A stretch of DNA of 64,000 nt from an uncultured Acidobacteriota bacterium (GCA_963720545.1 OY970399.1:3552001-3616000); one strand, 5' to 3'. Shown: positions 1 to 10,667, counted from the first letter of the stretch. Numbers and translations are program-made. The notes: generated by a model not told the origin, from the sequence alone.

Positions 1-2129
1 GCAGGCTGCGCCGGTGCCGAAGCACTCCCCTCGACGCCGGTGCGCATGCGGTCCCACTCCTCCAGCAGGCTGGAGTCGACGGCGCGGATCATGTCGCGCA
101 GGTAGAGCTCCATCTCGAGGAGCATCCCGGTCTTGATGCCGTCCGGCACCGTCTGCGCCAGCACCTTGTAGACGCTGTTGAGGTGGCGCAGCAACAACCC
201 TTCGGCGCGCTCCAGGTCGTACTCCTGGACGTAGTCGGGAAAGGTGCGGAAGCCTTCGAACATTTCGCGCGCGATCGACTTGGGGCGAATGTTCTCCTCG
301 CCAACCCACGGGTGCGCATCGGCGAAGGCGTTGAACGTCATGTAGACGAACTCGCGCAGCGGCTTGGGGTACTCGAGCTTCTCGAGCTTCTCCATGCGCT
401 GGTCGTAGTCGAGGCCCTCGGCCTTCATCGCCGCGATGGCTTCGCCTTTCACCTTGTCGAGCTGCTTGCGCAGGATGAGGTCCGGGTCTTCCAGGATGCT
501 TTCGACGAGCGTCAGCACGTCGAGCGCGTAGGTCTCCGACTCCGGCTCGAGGTGGTGGATCGTCTCGAGCAGGTACAAGGACAGCGTCTGGTTCATCGAG
601 AAGTCGTCCTGCAGCTCGACGTTGACGCGCACTTTCGAACCGCTGCGCTCGGCGGCAGGCACGATCTCGATGATGCGGCGCGCCACCAGCGAGCGGAACA
701 GCTGCCAGGCGCGGCGGAAGTGCGCCGGCTTGTTGCGCTCCGGGTCGTGGCTGTCGTGGATGAGGTGCTGCATCGCGCGGCAGCCATCGCCCTGGCGCGA
801 CAGCACGTTGAGCAGCATGCCGTGCGTCACCTGGAAGCGCGAGGCGAGCTTCTCCGGCTGCGCACCGATCAGGCGCTTGAAGGTCTGCAGGTCCCAGTGC
901 GCGTAGTTGCGCTCAGGCGGCTTGCGGCGCACGAACTTCTTGCCGTCCTTCGCCTTCTCCTCGAGGCGCAGGTTCTCGATGACGTGCTCGGGCGCCTGCG
1001 CCACCACGTAGCCCTGGTCGTCGAAGCCCTTGCGCCCGGCGCGGCCGGCGATCTGGTGAAAGTCGCGCGCGCTCAACACCGCGGTCTTCAGCCCGTCGAA
1101 CTTGCAGAGGCGCGTGAACAACACCGTGCGGATCGGCACGTTGATGCCGACGCCGAGCGTGTCGGTGCCGCAGATGACCTTCAGCAACCCCTTCTGCGCG
1201 AGCTGTTCGACCAGCACGCGGTACTTGGGCAGCAGGCCCGCGTGATGCACGGCGATACCCTGTTTCAACCACTTGCGAATCACCGGGCCGTACGGGCTGC
1301 TGAAGCGGAACCCCTCGATCGCCTCCGCCACCGCGTTCTTCTCATCGCGGGTTGCGAGGTTGAGGCTCGTGAAGTCCTGCGCGCTGTCGGCCGCCTCCTT
1401 CTGCGTGAAGTGCACGACGTAGACCGGCGCCTTCTTCTCCGACACCAGCTTGTCGAGCGTCTGCGACAGCGCGATCTCCGAGTACGCGTAGTCGAGCGGC
1501 ACGGGACGCAATTCCGACTTCACCACGGCCGTCGGCCAGCCGTTGAGGCGGGTCAGCCCTTCCGCGAAAAAAGCAACATCGCCGAGCGTCGCCGACATCA
1601 GCAGGAAGCGCGTGTTGGGCAGCGCCAGCAGCGGCAGTTGCCAGGCGACGCCGCGGTCGCGATCGGCGTACCAATGGAACTCGTCCATCACCACGTCGTC
1701 CACCGTCGAGTCGGCCCCTTCGCGCAGCGCCATGTTGGCGAGCACCTCGGCAGTGCAGCACAGGATCGGCGCATCGCGATTGACCGTGGCATCGCCAGTG
1801 GAGAGCCCGACGTTGTCGGCGCCGAACTCGCGGCAAAGAGCCATCCACTTCTCGTTGACCAGCGCCTTGATGGGGCAGGTGTAGACAGAGCGGCGACCCT
1901 CGGACATCGACGCGAAGTGCAATGCCGACGCGACCAGCGACTTGCCGGAGCCCGTGGGCGTGTTGAGAATGACGTTGCGCCCCTCGAACAACTCGAGGAC
2001 CGCTTCCTCCTGGGCCGCGTACAGGCTGAGGCCGCGCGACTCGACATATTCGAGAAACCGGCCGAGCAGCTCGCTGCTGTCGGCGTCCTGGGGCGGGAGC
2101 AGGGCGAAAAGCGGCGCCGCCTTGTTCAA
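1..2129 (-). CDS. SKI2/HelY-like DEAD/DEAH-box helicase (DUF3516-type), 3' end runs off the window
   Basis: Not in the ORF track because it has no stop in the window. Manual translation from TTG at 2129 gives [11 protein letters not shown]...[13 protein letters not shown] (Walker A), VVMDEFHWY (DExH), [12 protein letters not shown] and QIAGRAGR (motif VI). The start codon is uncertain. Confidence 0.88.
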   Translation of the reverse strand, partial: MNKAAPLFALLPPQDADSSELLGRFLEYVESRGLSLYAAQEEAVLELFEGRNVILNTPTGSGKSLVASALHFASMSEGRRSVYTCPIKALVNEKWMALCREFGADNVGLSTGDATVNRDAPILCCTAEVLANMALREGADSTVDDVVMDEFHWYADRDRGVAWQLPLLALPNTRFLLMSATLGDVAFFAEGLTRLNGWPTAVVKSELRPVPLDYAYSEIALSQTLDKLVSEKKAPVYVVHFTQKEAADSAQDFTSLNLATRDEKNAVAEAIEGFRFSSPYGPVIRKWLKQGIAVHHAGLLPKYRVLVEQLAQKGLLKVICGTDTLGVGINVPIRTVLFTRLCKFDGLKTAVLSARDFHQIAGRAGRKGFDDQGYVVAQAPEHVIENLRLEEKAKDGKKFVRRKPPERNYAHWDLQTFKRLIGAQPEKLASRFQVTHGMLLNVLSRQGDGCRAMQHLIHDSHDPERNKPAHFRRAWQLFRSLVARRIIEIVPAAERSGSKVRVNVELQDDFSMNQTLSLYLLETIHHLEPESETYALDVLTLVESILEDPDLILRKQLDKVKGEAIAAMKAEGLDYDQRMEKLEKLEYPKPLREFVYMTFNAFADAHPWVGEENIRPKSIAREMFEGFRTFPDYVQEYDLERAEGLLLRHLNSVYKVLAQTVPDGIKTGMLLEMELYLRDMIRAVDSSLLEEWDRMRTGVEGSASAPAQP

Positions 2130-2239
2130 GGCTGCCCAACATGAGGATGTTGCTCGGGATCTATATTCAAGGCTGCCTTGATTATGGACGGGGTTGCGCG
2201 CGAGCGGGGAAGGCCGTGGATGCGTAGAGTCTGGCGCTG

Positions 2240-3166
2240 ATGGCGTCTTCGACCCTGCGTGTGGCGGCCGTGCAGGCCGCCGCGGTGCCTCTCGACCTTG
2301 CGGCGTCCTTCGCCAAGGCGAAGGCACTCGTGGCGGCTGCGGCGGCGCAAGGCGCGAACCTGGTCGTGTTTCCGGAGACCTGGCTGCCGGGTTATCCCGC
2401 GTGGCTCGACTGTTGCACCGACGTCGCTCTGTGGGACCACGAGCCGATGAAGCAGGTGTTCGCGCGCCTGCGCGAGAACAGCGTGCTGGTGCCGGGGCCC
2501 GTCACCGAGGCGCTCGGTGCGTTGGCGCTCGAGCATGACGTGGTGCTCAACATCAGCGTGCACGAGCGCGTGGCGGAAGGACCCGGCCGCGGCACCCTCT
2601 ACAACACGATGCTCACGTTCGGCGCCGACGGCGTCCTGCTGCACCGCCATCGCAAGATCATGCCGACGTTCAGCGAGAAGCTCATCTGGGGAGCGGGCGA
2701 TGGCCGCAGCCTGCATGCGGTCGACACGGGCCGCGCCCGCGTCGGCGGGCTCATTTGCTGGGAGCACTGGATGCCGCTCGCGCGGCACGTGTTGCACGCG
2801 TCGGGCGAGGACGTGCACGTTGCCGCCTGGCCGCAGGTGAAGGAGATGAACCTGGTGGCCAGCCGCAGCTACGCTTTCGAGGGCCGCTGCTTCGTCATCG
2901 CCTGTGGCGCGATCATGAAGGCGTCGGACCTGCCCGCCGAACTGACGCCGATGCCTTCGCTCATCGGCAGGCCCGATGCGCTGGTGCTGAACGGCGGCAC
3001 CGCCATCATCGGCCCCGACGGCGCCATCCTTGCCGGGCCGGTGTATGGCGAGGAAACGATCGTCGTTGCCGACCTCGACCTGGGTCGCATCGACAAGGAA
3101 AGCCTGACGCTCGACACGGCCGGGCACTACCATCGGCCCGACATCTTCGACGTGCGGGTGAAGTGA
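2240..3166 (+). CDS. Nitrilase / carbon-nitrogen hydrolase
   Basis: Catalytic E-K-C motifs [18 protein letters not shown] and LICWEH; C-terminal GHYHRPDIF. Confidence 0.92.
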   Translation: MASSTLRVAAVQAAAVPLDLAASFAKAKALVAAAAAQGANLVVFPETWLPGYPAWLDCCTDVALWDHEPMKQVFARLRENSVLVPGPVTEALGALALEHDVVLNISVHERVAEGPGRGTLYNTMLTFGADGVLLHRHRKIMPTFSEKLIWGAGDGRSLHAVDTGRARVGGLICWEHWMPLARHVLHASGEDVHVAAWPQVKEMNLVASRSYAFEGRCFVIACGAIMKASDLPAELTPMPSLIGRPDALVLNGGTAIIGPDGAILAGPVYGEETIVVADLDLGRIDKESLTLDTAGHYHRPDIFDVRVK

Positions 3167-4695
3167 CGGCGCAAAAGGCCGCGCCGCTCTGGACGCTCGT
3201 CGCCACGATCCTGGGTTCGAGCCTGGCGTTCGTCGATGGCACCGTCGTGACCGTCGCACTGCCGGCCCTGCAGCGCGACTTCGATGCCGCAGCCGCCGAC
3301 GTGCAGTGGGTGGTCGAGGCATACGCGCTCTTGTTCTCGGCGCTGCTGCTCGTCGGCGGTTCGCTCGGCGACCGCTTCGGGCGGCGCCGCGTCTACGCGC
3401 TCGGCATCGTCACGTTCACCGGCGCGTCGATGCTGTGCGGCCTGGCTCCGAGCGTCACGCTGCTGATCGCGGCGCGCGCGCTGCAGGGCATCGGCGCCGC
3501 GCTGCTCGTGCCCGGCAGCCTGGCCCTGATCGCGGCGTCCTTCACCACCGGTCATGAGCGCGGCAAGGCCATCGGCACGTGGTCGGCGTTCAGCGCCATC
3601 GCCACGGCACTCGGGCCGGTGCTCGGCGGCTGGCTGGTGGACACCGCGGGCTGGCGCTACGCCTTTTTTCTCAACCTGCCGGTGGCGCTCGTGACGCTGG
3701 CCATCCTGTTCTGGCGGGTCGAGGAGAGCCGCGACCGGTCGGCCGCGCGGCACTTCGACTGGCTGGGCGCGTCCCTGGCCGCGACCGGCCTTGGCGGCAT
3801 CGTGTACGGGCTCATCGAAGCCGCGCGTCTCGGCTGGGGGCACAGGGCCATCGTTGGGGCGATCGGGCTTGGTTTTGCCGGTCTCGCGGCATTCTTCATC
3901 GTCGAATCGCGCAGCAAGGCGCCCATGCTTCCGCTCGGGCTCTTCAAGTCGCAGCGCTTCGCGGGCGCCAACCTGCTCACCGCCGGTCTCTACGGCGCCT
4001 TGACCGCCACGATGTTCCTCCTGCCGCTGAACCTCATCCAGGTGCAGCGCTACTCGGCGACCGCGGCCGGCGCCTCGCTGCTGCCGCTGATCCTCATCAT
4101 CTTCCTGCTGTCGCGATGGACAGGCGGCCTTGCCGAAAGGGTCGGCCCGCGGCTGCCGCTCGTCATCGGGCCCGCGGTGGCCGCCGCCGGCATGGCGCTC
4201 ATGGCGCTGCCCGGCGTGGGCGGCAGCTACTGGGCGACTTTCTTCCCGCCGATGGTGGTCCTCGGGCTGGGGATGGCGATCACGGTTCCGGCACTCACCA
4301 CAACCGTGATGGATGCCGTTGACGTAGCGCACGCGGGCACGGCCTCGGGCATCAACAATGCCGTCACGCGAGCCGCGGGACTGCTCACGATCGCCCTCAT
4401 GGGCGTGCCGATGCTGGCCGTGTTCAGCGCCCAGCTGGTTCGCCGGCTGCCGGCGCACGGGGTTCCCGCGCCGGTCGCCGCCGAGGTGCTGCAGCAGCGC
4501 ATCATGCTCGCCGAAATCCAGCCGCCGCCCTCGGCAACCCCTGCGCAAGCGCTCGCCGTGCGCCAGGCGGTGGCGGAGTCTTTCGTCGCCGGGTTTCGCG
4601 TCATCCTGCTGGCCTCGGCCGCGATGGCCCTGCTCGGTGCAGTCCTTGCGGCTTTCATGGTCGGCGGCGAGAGTGTCGATCCGGTGCCCGGCTGA
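3163..4695 (+). CDS. MFS transporter, DHA2 (14-TMS) family
   Basis: GTG overlaps the nitrilase stop (GTGA); motifs DGTVVTVALP, GSLGDRFGRRR and GPVLGGWL; many TM segments. Confidence 0.9.
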   Translation: MTAQKAAPLWTLVATILGSSLAFVDGTVVTVALPALQRDFDAAAADVQWVVEAYALLFSALLLVGGSLGDRFGRRRVYALGIVTFTGASMLCGLAPSVTLLIAARALQGIGAALLVPGSLALIAASFTTGHERGKAIGTWSAFSAIATALGPVLGGWLVDTAGWRYAFFLNLPVALVTLAILFWRVEESRDRSAARHFDWLGASLAATGLGGIVYGLIEAARLGWGHRAIVGAIGLGFAGLAAFFIVESRSKAPMLPLGLFKSQRFAGANLLTAGLYGALTATMFLLPLNLIQVQRYSATAAGASLLPLILIIFLLSRWTGGLAERVGPRLPLVIGPAVAAAGMALMALPGVGGSYWATFFPPMVVLGLGMAITVPALTTTVMDAVDVAHAGTASGINNAVTRAAGLLTIALMGVPMLAVFSAQLVRRLPAHGVPAPVAAEVLQQRIMLAEIQPPPSATPAQALAVRQAVAESFVAGFRVILLASAAMALLGAVLAAFMVGGESVDPVPG

Positions 4696-4788
4696 TCGAC
4701 GTGCTGTTGGAAGCGGCTATCATGGCCGCAATCGAGGAGACAGCTACCTGCGCGAACCGGGGCTGCGCGCGTTGCTGCCGCTGCGCAG

Positions 4789-5892
4789 CTAGGGAACCGA
4801 GAGGACCGGCTTTCCGAGGACCTTCATCCGCGGCGTGATGCCGAGGCCGGGTGCCGTTGACGCCGCCATCCGGCCGTTCTTCCGCTGCGGGGCACCTGTC
4901 GCGGTGCTCACCGTGACGTAGCTGTTGAAGTCGGTGGCGCTGAAGCGGAAGCGTTCCGGCGTCGAATGCGCAAGGTGGGCGATGGCGGCGGTGGTGATGT
5001 CGCCGCCCCACGAGTCTTCGATGGTCATGGCGATGCCGAGCGACACGCACAGGTCGCGGATCTGGCGCGCACGCGTGAGGCCGCCGACCTTGGAGATCTT
5101 CAGGTTGATGACGTCCATCGCGCCGTCCTGGTGCGCGCGCAGCAGCACGGCAACCGAATCGATCACCTCGTCGAGGACGAACGGGTGGTCGGTGCGGCGG
5201 CGGATGGCAAGGCACTCCTCGTAGCTGAGGCACGGCTGCTCGATATAGACGTCAATCTCGCGCACGGCACGCACCACGCGCGCGGCGTCGTGCATCAGCC
5301 AGCCGGTGTTGGCGTCGGCTACCAGCACGTCGCCGTCCTTAAGCCGGCCGCGCGCGGCGCGGATGCGGGCGATGTCTTCGTCGGGGTCGCCGCCCACCTT
5401 CAGCTGGAACTTGCGGTAGCCCTCCGCGCGGTAGCCCGCGACCTTCGCCGCCATCTTCGCCGCGGACTCCTGCGAGATGGCACGGTACAGGTCGATCGCG
5501 TTCCCGTAGCGGCCGCCGAGCAGCGTGCACACCGGCAGGCCCGCCGCCTTGCCCAGGATGTCCCAGCACGCCATGTCGATTGCCGACTTCACGTACGGAT
5601 GGCCCTTGAGTGCCATGTCCATCGTCACGTTGAGCCGCTCGAGTTCGCGCGGATCTTCACCGATGAGGTGCGGAGCCAGCTCGCCGATGCCGGTGCGCGC
5701 CCCCGGCCCGTAGGCCGCGAGGTAAAAGGGGCCGAGCGGGCAGACCTCGCCCCAGCCGGTGATGCCGGAATCGGTCGCGACCTCGACCACCGTGCTGTCG
5801 AAGACGTCCACCGACTTGCCGCCCGACCACTTGTAGCTGCCTTCGCCCAGCGGCAGCGCCACTTGATACGCGCGAACTGCGGTGATCTTCAT
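4789..5892 (-). CDS. Mandelate racemase/enolase-superfamily enzyme (cis-3-hydroxyproline dehydratase / hydroxyproline-betaine epimerase-like)
   Basis: [37 protein letters not shown] and EDSWGGDI motifs; start MKITAV at 5892. Confidence 0.85.
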   Translation of the reverse strand: MKITAVRAYQVALPLGEGSYKWSGGKSVDVFDSTVVEVATDSGITGWGEVCPLGPFYLAAYGPGARTGIGELAPHLIGEDPRELERLNVTMDMALKGHPYVKSAIDMACWDILGKAAGLPVCTLLGGRYGNAIDLYRAISQESAAKMAAKVAGYRAEGYRKFQLKVGGDPDEDIARIRAARGRLKDGDVLVADANTGWLMHDAARVVRAVREIDVYIEQPCLSYEECLAIRRRTDHPFVLDEVIDSVAVLLRAHQDGAMDVINLKISKVGGLTRARQIRDLCVSLGIAMTIEDSWGGDITTAAIAHLAHSTPERFRFSATDFNSYVTVSTATGAPQRKNGRMAASTAPGLGITPRMKVLGKPVLSVP

Positions 5893-5897
5893 GGCGC

Positions 5898-6158
5898 CTA
5901 TCGTAGCCGCACCCGGCCGGCGGTGGCGACGAGGCACAGCTTCTGCTCACGCGTCAGGCTCTTGATGCGCGCCTCGAGGCGCAGGGCGCGCGACCAGGTG
6001 AGGACGCGCTGCGACCAGGCGAGTTCCACGGGGAGGCGGCTGCGGGTGTAGCGGGACGCGGTGCCAGCGGCGTGCGCGGCGAGCCGCCTCGCCAGGTCCT
6101 GTGCGGCGCCGGCATAGAGCGAGCCGTCGCGGCAGCGCAGGATGTAGGCGGCCGGCAA
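5898..6158 (-). CDS. Small GIY-YIG nuclease (UPF0213/YhbQ-like)
   Basis: [13 protein letters not shown]...RRLAAH...YTRSRLPV...ALRLEARIK. Confidence 0.85.
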   Translation of the reverse strand: MPAAYILRCRDGSLYAGAAQDLARRLAAHAAGTASRYTRSRLPVELAWSQRVLTWSRALRLEARIKSLTREQKLCLVATAGRVRLR

Positions 6159-6167
6159 GGGCTCGGG

Positions 6168-6485
6168 CTAGGAGGCGTTCGGCAGCTTCGGGGCGACCGG
6201 CTTGCGGCGCGGGGTGACGGTGTGCGCCTCCTTGTAGCTTTGCAGGTCGGCTGCGCTCACCCCGATGTACTCATCGAAATGGTCCCCGAACTCCGCCTGC
6301 AGCTGCTGGATCTTGCGGAAGCAGATGTCGGGGCCGTCCTGCATCTGCGCCTTGTGAGCGGCGAACGCCTCGATCGGAATCCAGACGGTGTACTGCCGCG
6401 ACTCCGCGCCGTTGCGGACCGAGACACTGTATTCGCGGCGGTCCGGAAGGTTGCGAAAACCGTGGTACTCGAACGCTGTCGTCAT
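6168..6485 (-). CDS. Hypothetical protein (105 aa)
   Basis: GAGGAG RBS upstream, GC3-rich codon usage, protein-like composition; family not recognised. Confidence 0.7.
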   Translation of the reverse strand: MTTAFEYHGFRNLPDRREYSVSVRNGAESRQYTVWIPIEAFAAHKAQMQDGPDICFRKIQQLQAEFGDHFDEYIGVSAADLQSYKEAHTVTPRRKPVAPKLPNAS

Positions 6486-6596
6486 TGCTCTCCTCGGCGC
6501 ACGCGTTGACGCTCGCCCTTCGCTGTGCCGACGAAGAGTGGGGTGACCGATAGCTTACACCCCGCAACCGCCGCGCCCTGCCGGGCTGGAATGTAG

Positions 6597-6612
6597 AAAG
6601 TGCCAGCACTTT
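6597..6612. promoter_or_regulatory. Inverted repeat AAAGTGC-CA-GCACTTT, candidate operator
   Basis: 7-2-7 dyad in the divergent intergenic region between the hypothetical gene and the YihY gene. Confidence 0.35.
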
Positions 6613-6647
6613 GGGGAGCGCAGGGCGGTGTCGTCCGGCGGCGGGAG

Positions 6648-7553
6648 ATGGCACACGGCGTGCTGTCCATCCGGGCAATGCTGAAGGCGGTGCGCCCCCT
6701 GCTGAGCCAGGCGTGGGACGAATGGTGGAGCGACAACTCGGCGCGGATGGGAGCGGCGCTCGCCTACTACACGCTCTTCTCGGTCGCGCCCCTGCTGGTC
6801 GTCTGCATCGGCATCTGCGGCTTCTTCTTCGGCGCGGAAGCGGCACAGGGGCGCATCGTCGGCGAACTGCGCGGCCTGGTGGGCGAGGCCGGCGCGCTCG
6901 CGATCGAGGCGATGATCGAGAGCAGCCGCAAGGCCGGCACCGGCATCATGGCGAGCGCCATCGCGGTCGTGACGCTGCTGATCGGCGCCAGCGGGGTGTT
7001 CGGCGAGCTGAAAGCAGCGCTCAACGTCGTTTGGGACGTGCCGGCGCCGGAAGCTAAAAACGGCTTCCTCGCGTTGGGCCGCAACCTGCTTCGCGAACGC
7101 GTCCTCTCCTTCGCGATGGTGCTCGCCATCGGTTTCGTGCTGCTCGTGTCCCTGGTGGTGAGCGCGGGCCTGGCGGCGGCCGACGGTGCACTGCACCGCT
7201 ACCTGACCGGATGGACGCTGCCGCTGCACATCCTCAACACGGCGCTCTCGCTCACAGTCGTGACCGCCATCTTCGCCTTGATGTTCAAGTACCTGCCCGA
7301 CGTGCGCATAGCGTGGCGCGACGTGTGGGTCGGCGCGGCGCTGACGTCGGTACTGTTCACCATCGGCAAGGCACTCCTCGGCCTTTACCTGGGCCACACC
7401 AGCTTCACCTCGATCTACGGGGCCGCCGGCTCGCTGGTGGTGCTGATGATCTGGGTGTACTACGCGGCGCAGATCTTCTTCTTCGGCGCCGAGCTGACGC
7501 AGGCCGTTGCGCAGCGCCGTCAGGGGCAGCATCGACAGGGGCGCCGGGTGTGA
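6648..7553 (+). CDS. YihY/virulence factor BrkB family membrane protein
   Basis: GAALAYYTLFSVAPLL, ALNVVWDV and YGAAGSLVVLMIWVYY motifs; start is 6648 or 6678. Confidence 0.9.
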   Translation: MAHGVLSIRAMLKAVRPLLSQAWDEWWSDNSARMGAALAYYTLFSVAPLLVVCIGICGFFFGAEAAQGRIVGELRGLVGEAGALAIEAMIESSRKAGTGIMASAIAVVTLLIGASGVFGELKAALNVVWDVPAPEAKNGFLALGRNLLRERVLSFAMVLAIGFVLLVSLVVSAGLAAADGALHRYLTGWTLPLHILNTALSLTVVTAIFALMFKYLPDVRIAWRDVWVGAALTSVLFTIGKALLGLYLGHTSFTSIYGAAGSLVVLMIWVYYAAQIFFFGAELTQAVAQRRQGQHRQGRRV

Positions 7554-7621
7554 ACGGCTTGCTCGTCCAGGCCGGGTACGTGGGCACGAATCCTGCACTG
7601 TTCTCACGTCATTAATTCAGT

Positions 7622-7635
7622 ACTGGTCGACCAGT
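7622..7635. promoter_or_regulatory. Perfect 14-bp palindrome ACTGGTCGACCAGT (GntR/FadR-like operator shape)
   Basis: Seen directly in an AT-richer intergenic patch; resembles the TGGT-N-ACCA pattern of FadR-subfamily sites. Confidence 0.4.
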
Positions 7636-7932
7636 GCAGTAACCATTCATAAGGCGGGATGCGGCGAACGAGCACTTTCCACAAACATCCAGAGGTTTCG
7701 CGGCACAGGGGCACGGCCGCCGTCGCCGCCGCGGCAGGAGCGGCCGTGCTGCTCTTTGCGATGCGCCGCCTGTTGCGCCCGAGTCCCGCTGCGGCTGTCG
7801 TGGGGCTCGCCCGCGGTGCAGTGCGCGTGGGCACGGTCCTTTGGCCAATCGCGGTTGCGGTCCTGCGCTCCGCCGAGGAGCGCAGGGCACAGGGCGCAGG
7901 CCCTGAGCGGCGCTGGAGCGACCGAACAGGAA

Positions 7933-9165
7933 CTAGGGCGACCCGGCTTTCCGGCCGCTGATCAGCACTGCGATCTCGTCGGTCCGGGCGTTGTGAAGGT
8001 CGAGGCGGATGCGGCCGTCGGCCGTTTGACTGACAACCGCTGGCACCGATGAACCACTGAGCAGGTAGCCCTTCGGCAGCACCACCGCGTTCCTCGGCCT
8101 GCCGAGCGTTCGGTCGAAGACGAAGCCGTCGCCTTCGACGCGGTAGCTCTTCGCATCGGTATAGGTTTCCGAGATCCGCAGGCGCAGCGAGCGGCCCTTC
8201 GTGACGGCAGGGAACCGGATGACGACCACCTCGGTATCCGCCTTCACGGGACCTTCCTCACCAAGGTCGAGCTTTGCTTCGGTGATCGCCGTGCCGCGCA
8301 GGGTCTCGACCTTCAACGCCTCGCCCGTGTCGAGGATGCGGGCCGAGGGCTGCGAGGCCTTGCTGCCCGCGCGCACCACGTTGAGATACTTGTCGATGCC
8401 TTCGCGCGACTCCGTGTAGTCGTGGTACAGGTCGAACGAATGCGTCTCGGGCGGGTTGAGGAAGTACACGATGTCGCGGTCCTGGTGCGCCCGCTCATCG
8501 GTTCGGCGGGCGATCTCCTCTGCAGGCAGCGCGCCCGCAGCCGTTGCCGGTGCGGCTACTGCGCGCGCCTTCGCCGCGGTGACCTTGTAGCTGACGGCAT
8601 CGGGTCCCGTGTTCATGAAGCTGACTCGCACCCGGCCATCCGCCTCAAGAGCCATCTGCGACGGAAAGGAACAGGCGAAGAGGTCGTAGCCCTTCGGCAA
8701 GACCACCGAGTTGCGCTTGATGCCGAGCGAGCGCTCGAAGACGATGTGGTCGCCTTCCTGGCGGTAGCTCTTCGCGTCGGCATAGGTCTTGTCGATGAGC
8801 AGTCGCACCTGGCCGTCTTTCGGCACGGGGCGCGGCAGCGTGACCTTGATGTACTGCTCGTCGTCCACGGCTTCCGCCACGCCGCCAGCGCGCGCCGCGG
8901 CGCCGCCGACCACCTCGAACGGCAGCTTCTGTCCGTCCATGCGGTCGTACACCGCTTCGTCGCTCGCGGCACTGCCCTTGCGGATCGGGTTGAAGTAGAA
9001 GCGCGCCCCTGCCGTCGTTGCGGTGACTTCGTAGGTGATGCGGAACCTGGCCGTCCCGGGTGCGAGCAGTTCGTAGCGCGTGTATTCGTCCGATTCGGTT
9101 TGCACCGGCGCTTCGGCGAGCGCCGGCGCCGCGGCGAGAAGCAGGGCGAAGAGCAGTGATGGCAT
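7933..9165 (-). CDS. Secreted hypothetical protein with a tandemly duplicated ~180-aa domain
   Basis: Signal peptide; both halves share TYxDAKSYRxEGDxxVFxRxLGxxRNxVVLPKGY...DGRxR. Confidence 0.8.
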   Translation of the reverse strand: MPSLLFALLLAAAPALAEAPVQTESDEYTRYELLAPGTARFRITYEVTATTAGARFYFNPIRKGSAASDEAVYDRMDGQKLPFEVVGGAAARAGGVAEAVDDEQYIKVTLPRPVPKDGQVRLLIDKTYADAKSYRQEGDHIVFERSLGIKRNSVVLPKGYDLFACSFPSQMALEADGRVRVSFMNTGPDAVSYKVTAAKARAVAAPATAAGALPAEEIARRTDERAHQDRDIVYFLNPPETHSFDLYHDYTESREGIDKYLNVVRAGSKASQPSARILDTGEALKVETLRGTAITEAKLDLGEEGPVKADTEVVVIRFPAVTKGRSLRLRISETYTDAKSYRVEGDGFVFDRTLGRPRNAVVLPKGYLLSGSSVPAVVSQTADGRIRLDLHNARTDEIAVLISGRKAGSP

Positions 9166-9187
9166 GGTGAGCGGAGTATAGCCAGTG

Positions 9188-10663
9188 CTACTGGACGTAA
9201 CCGAGCGCGCGCAACTCCTCGAGCGACTCCTGGCTCATCGGCGCGGCCTTCGCCTTGCCGGTCCTGGCGGCGACCAGCTTGCGAAGCGCCGCATCCAACG
9301 GCGCCGCAAGCGCGCGCGAGTCGGCCTTCTGCGCAAGGTTCGTCGCCTCGCCCGGGTCGGCCACGAGATCGTACAGCTCTGTTTGCAGGGGAACGGCCGG
9401 CAGCCGCGCACGGCCCGCGGCGCGCACCTGCTGGGTGCTCATCCACAGGACGTACTTCAGCCGATCGGTCCGCAGGCTCTTGGCCTCGTCATCGCGCGAC
9501 AGCGACTCGCTCACCGCTGGCCGCGACCGAGCTCCCCGCTGCTCCCAGAACTCCCTCAGGGATTGACCTTGCACCTCGGCCGGCACCTCGGTGCCCGTGA
9601 CGTCGAGGATGGTGGGCATCACGTCGATCGCACGCGTCACCGCGGCGACGCGGCGGCCGGCGGCCGCGGACGCGGGCAGTTTCAGGATCAGCGGAACGTG
9701 TATCAGCTCCTCGTGCAGGGTGTTGCCGTGGATGTCGAAGAAGCGGTCGTCGCGTTCGCCGAGCTGCTCGCCGTGGTCGCTGGTGAAGACGATGAGCGTG
9801 TTGTCGTACTGTCCGCTGGTCTTCAGCTGCGCCACCACGCGGCCGAGTGCCTTGTCGGCCGACAACACGCCGCCGTCGTACAGTGCCGAAACGACCTCCG
9901 CCGAAAAGGCGCCGCGGTCCCGCAGCTCGGCCGACTCGAGGCGCGCCACCGCACGACCTTCCCGGCTCTCGGCGAGTTCGTCGAGGGCAGTGCGCAGCGC
10001 CGCCGCGCGGTTCGCCGGCAGCACCGACTCCAGGAACTCGCCGTGCAGGTAGGGCGCGTGCACCTCGAAGGTGTGCCAGAAGATGAAGAACGGCGCTTCC
10101 TGCCGGCGCGCGACGGCGTTCAGCAGCCGCCCGAGGTTGCGCTCGTCGAGCTTGCCCATGAAGGTCTGGTAGCGGACGAAGCCGCGGTCGAAGCCGACGC
10201 GCGGATCCATGGTCGCGCCGCCCGTGAACGCCACCGAGCGGTAGCCGTGCGCGGAAAGGAGCTCGGGCAGCGTGCGGTGTTCGTCGCCGAGCCGCTCGAA
10301 GCCGGCGCTCGCGAGCAGCGCTCCCGTCAGCTCCTTGAAGGAACGGGTGACGCCGTGCGCCGACGGCAACAGGCCGGTGAACAGGCTCATGTGGCTCGGC
10401 GTCGTCCATGGCGCAGCCGTGATGTGATGTTCGAACAGCACCGCGTCGCGCGCGAGCGCGTCGAGGTTGGGGCTCGTGACGCGCGCGCGGTAGCCGTAGG
10501 CGTTGAGGCGGTCGGCGCGCAGCGTGTCGATCGAGATGAGCAGGACGTTCGGCCCGCCGCGACGCGGCTGCGGTGCCTGGCGGCAACCCGCGCTCACGAA
10601 CGCCGCCGTGACCATGACGACCATGACGACGACGAGTGCCGGAGAGCGCGGGGCCCGCGGCAA
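9188..10663 (-). CDS. Sulfatase-like alkaline-phosphatase-superfamily lipoprotein
   Basis: PNVLLISIDTLRAD, PWTTPSHMSLFTG, FTSDHGE, ELYDLVADPGE and LRALGY; lipobox-like SAGC; start uncertain. Confidence 0.85.
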   Translation of the reverse strand: MPRAPRSPALVVVMVVMVTAAFVSAGCRQAPQPRRGGPNVLLISIDTLRADRLNAYGYRARVTSPNLDALARDAVLFEHHITAAPWTTPSHMSLFTGLLPSAHGVTRSFKELTGALLASAGFERLGDEHRTLPELLSAHGYRSVAFTGGATMDPRVGFDRGFVRYQTFMGKLDERNLGRLLNAVARRQEAPFFIFWHTFEVHAPYLHGEFLESVLPANRAAALRTALDELAESREGRAVARLESAELRDRGAFSAEVVSALYDGGVLSADKALGRVVAQLKTSGQYDNTLIVFTSDHGEQLGERDDRFFDIHGNTLHEELIHVPLILKLPASAAAGRRVAAVTRAIDVMPTILDVTGTEVPAEVQGQSLREFWEQRGARSRPAVSESLSRDDEAKSLRTDRLKYVLWMSTQQVRAAGRARLPAVPLQTELYDLVADPGEATNLAQKADSRALAAPLDAALRKLVAARTGKAKAAPMSQESLEELRALGYVQ

Positions 10664-10667
10664 GGAG

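Noticed and set aside
183..2144. 653-aa plus-strand ORF and other long antisense ORFs (e.g. 18042-21149, 27527-30016, 37644-40004)
   Set aside because: These are shadow ORFs typical of high-GC DNA; the opposite strand carries clear family motifs.
6649..6664. Sigma54-like TGGCAC-N5-GTGCT before the YihY gene
   Set aside because: The -12 box is imperfect, it overlaps a plausible start codon, and I found no supporting enhancer pair at a typical distance; it could be chance.
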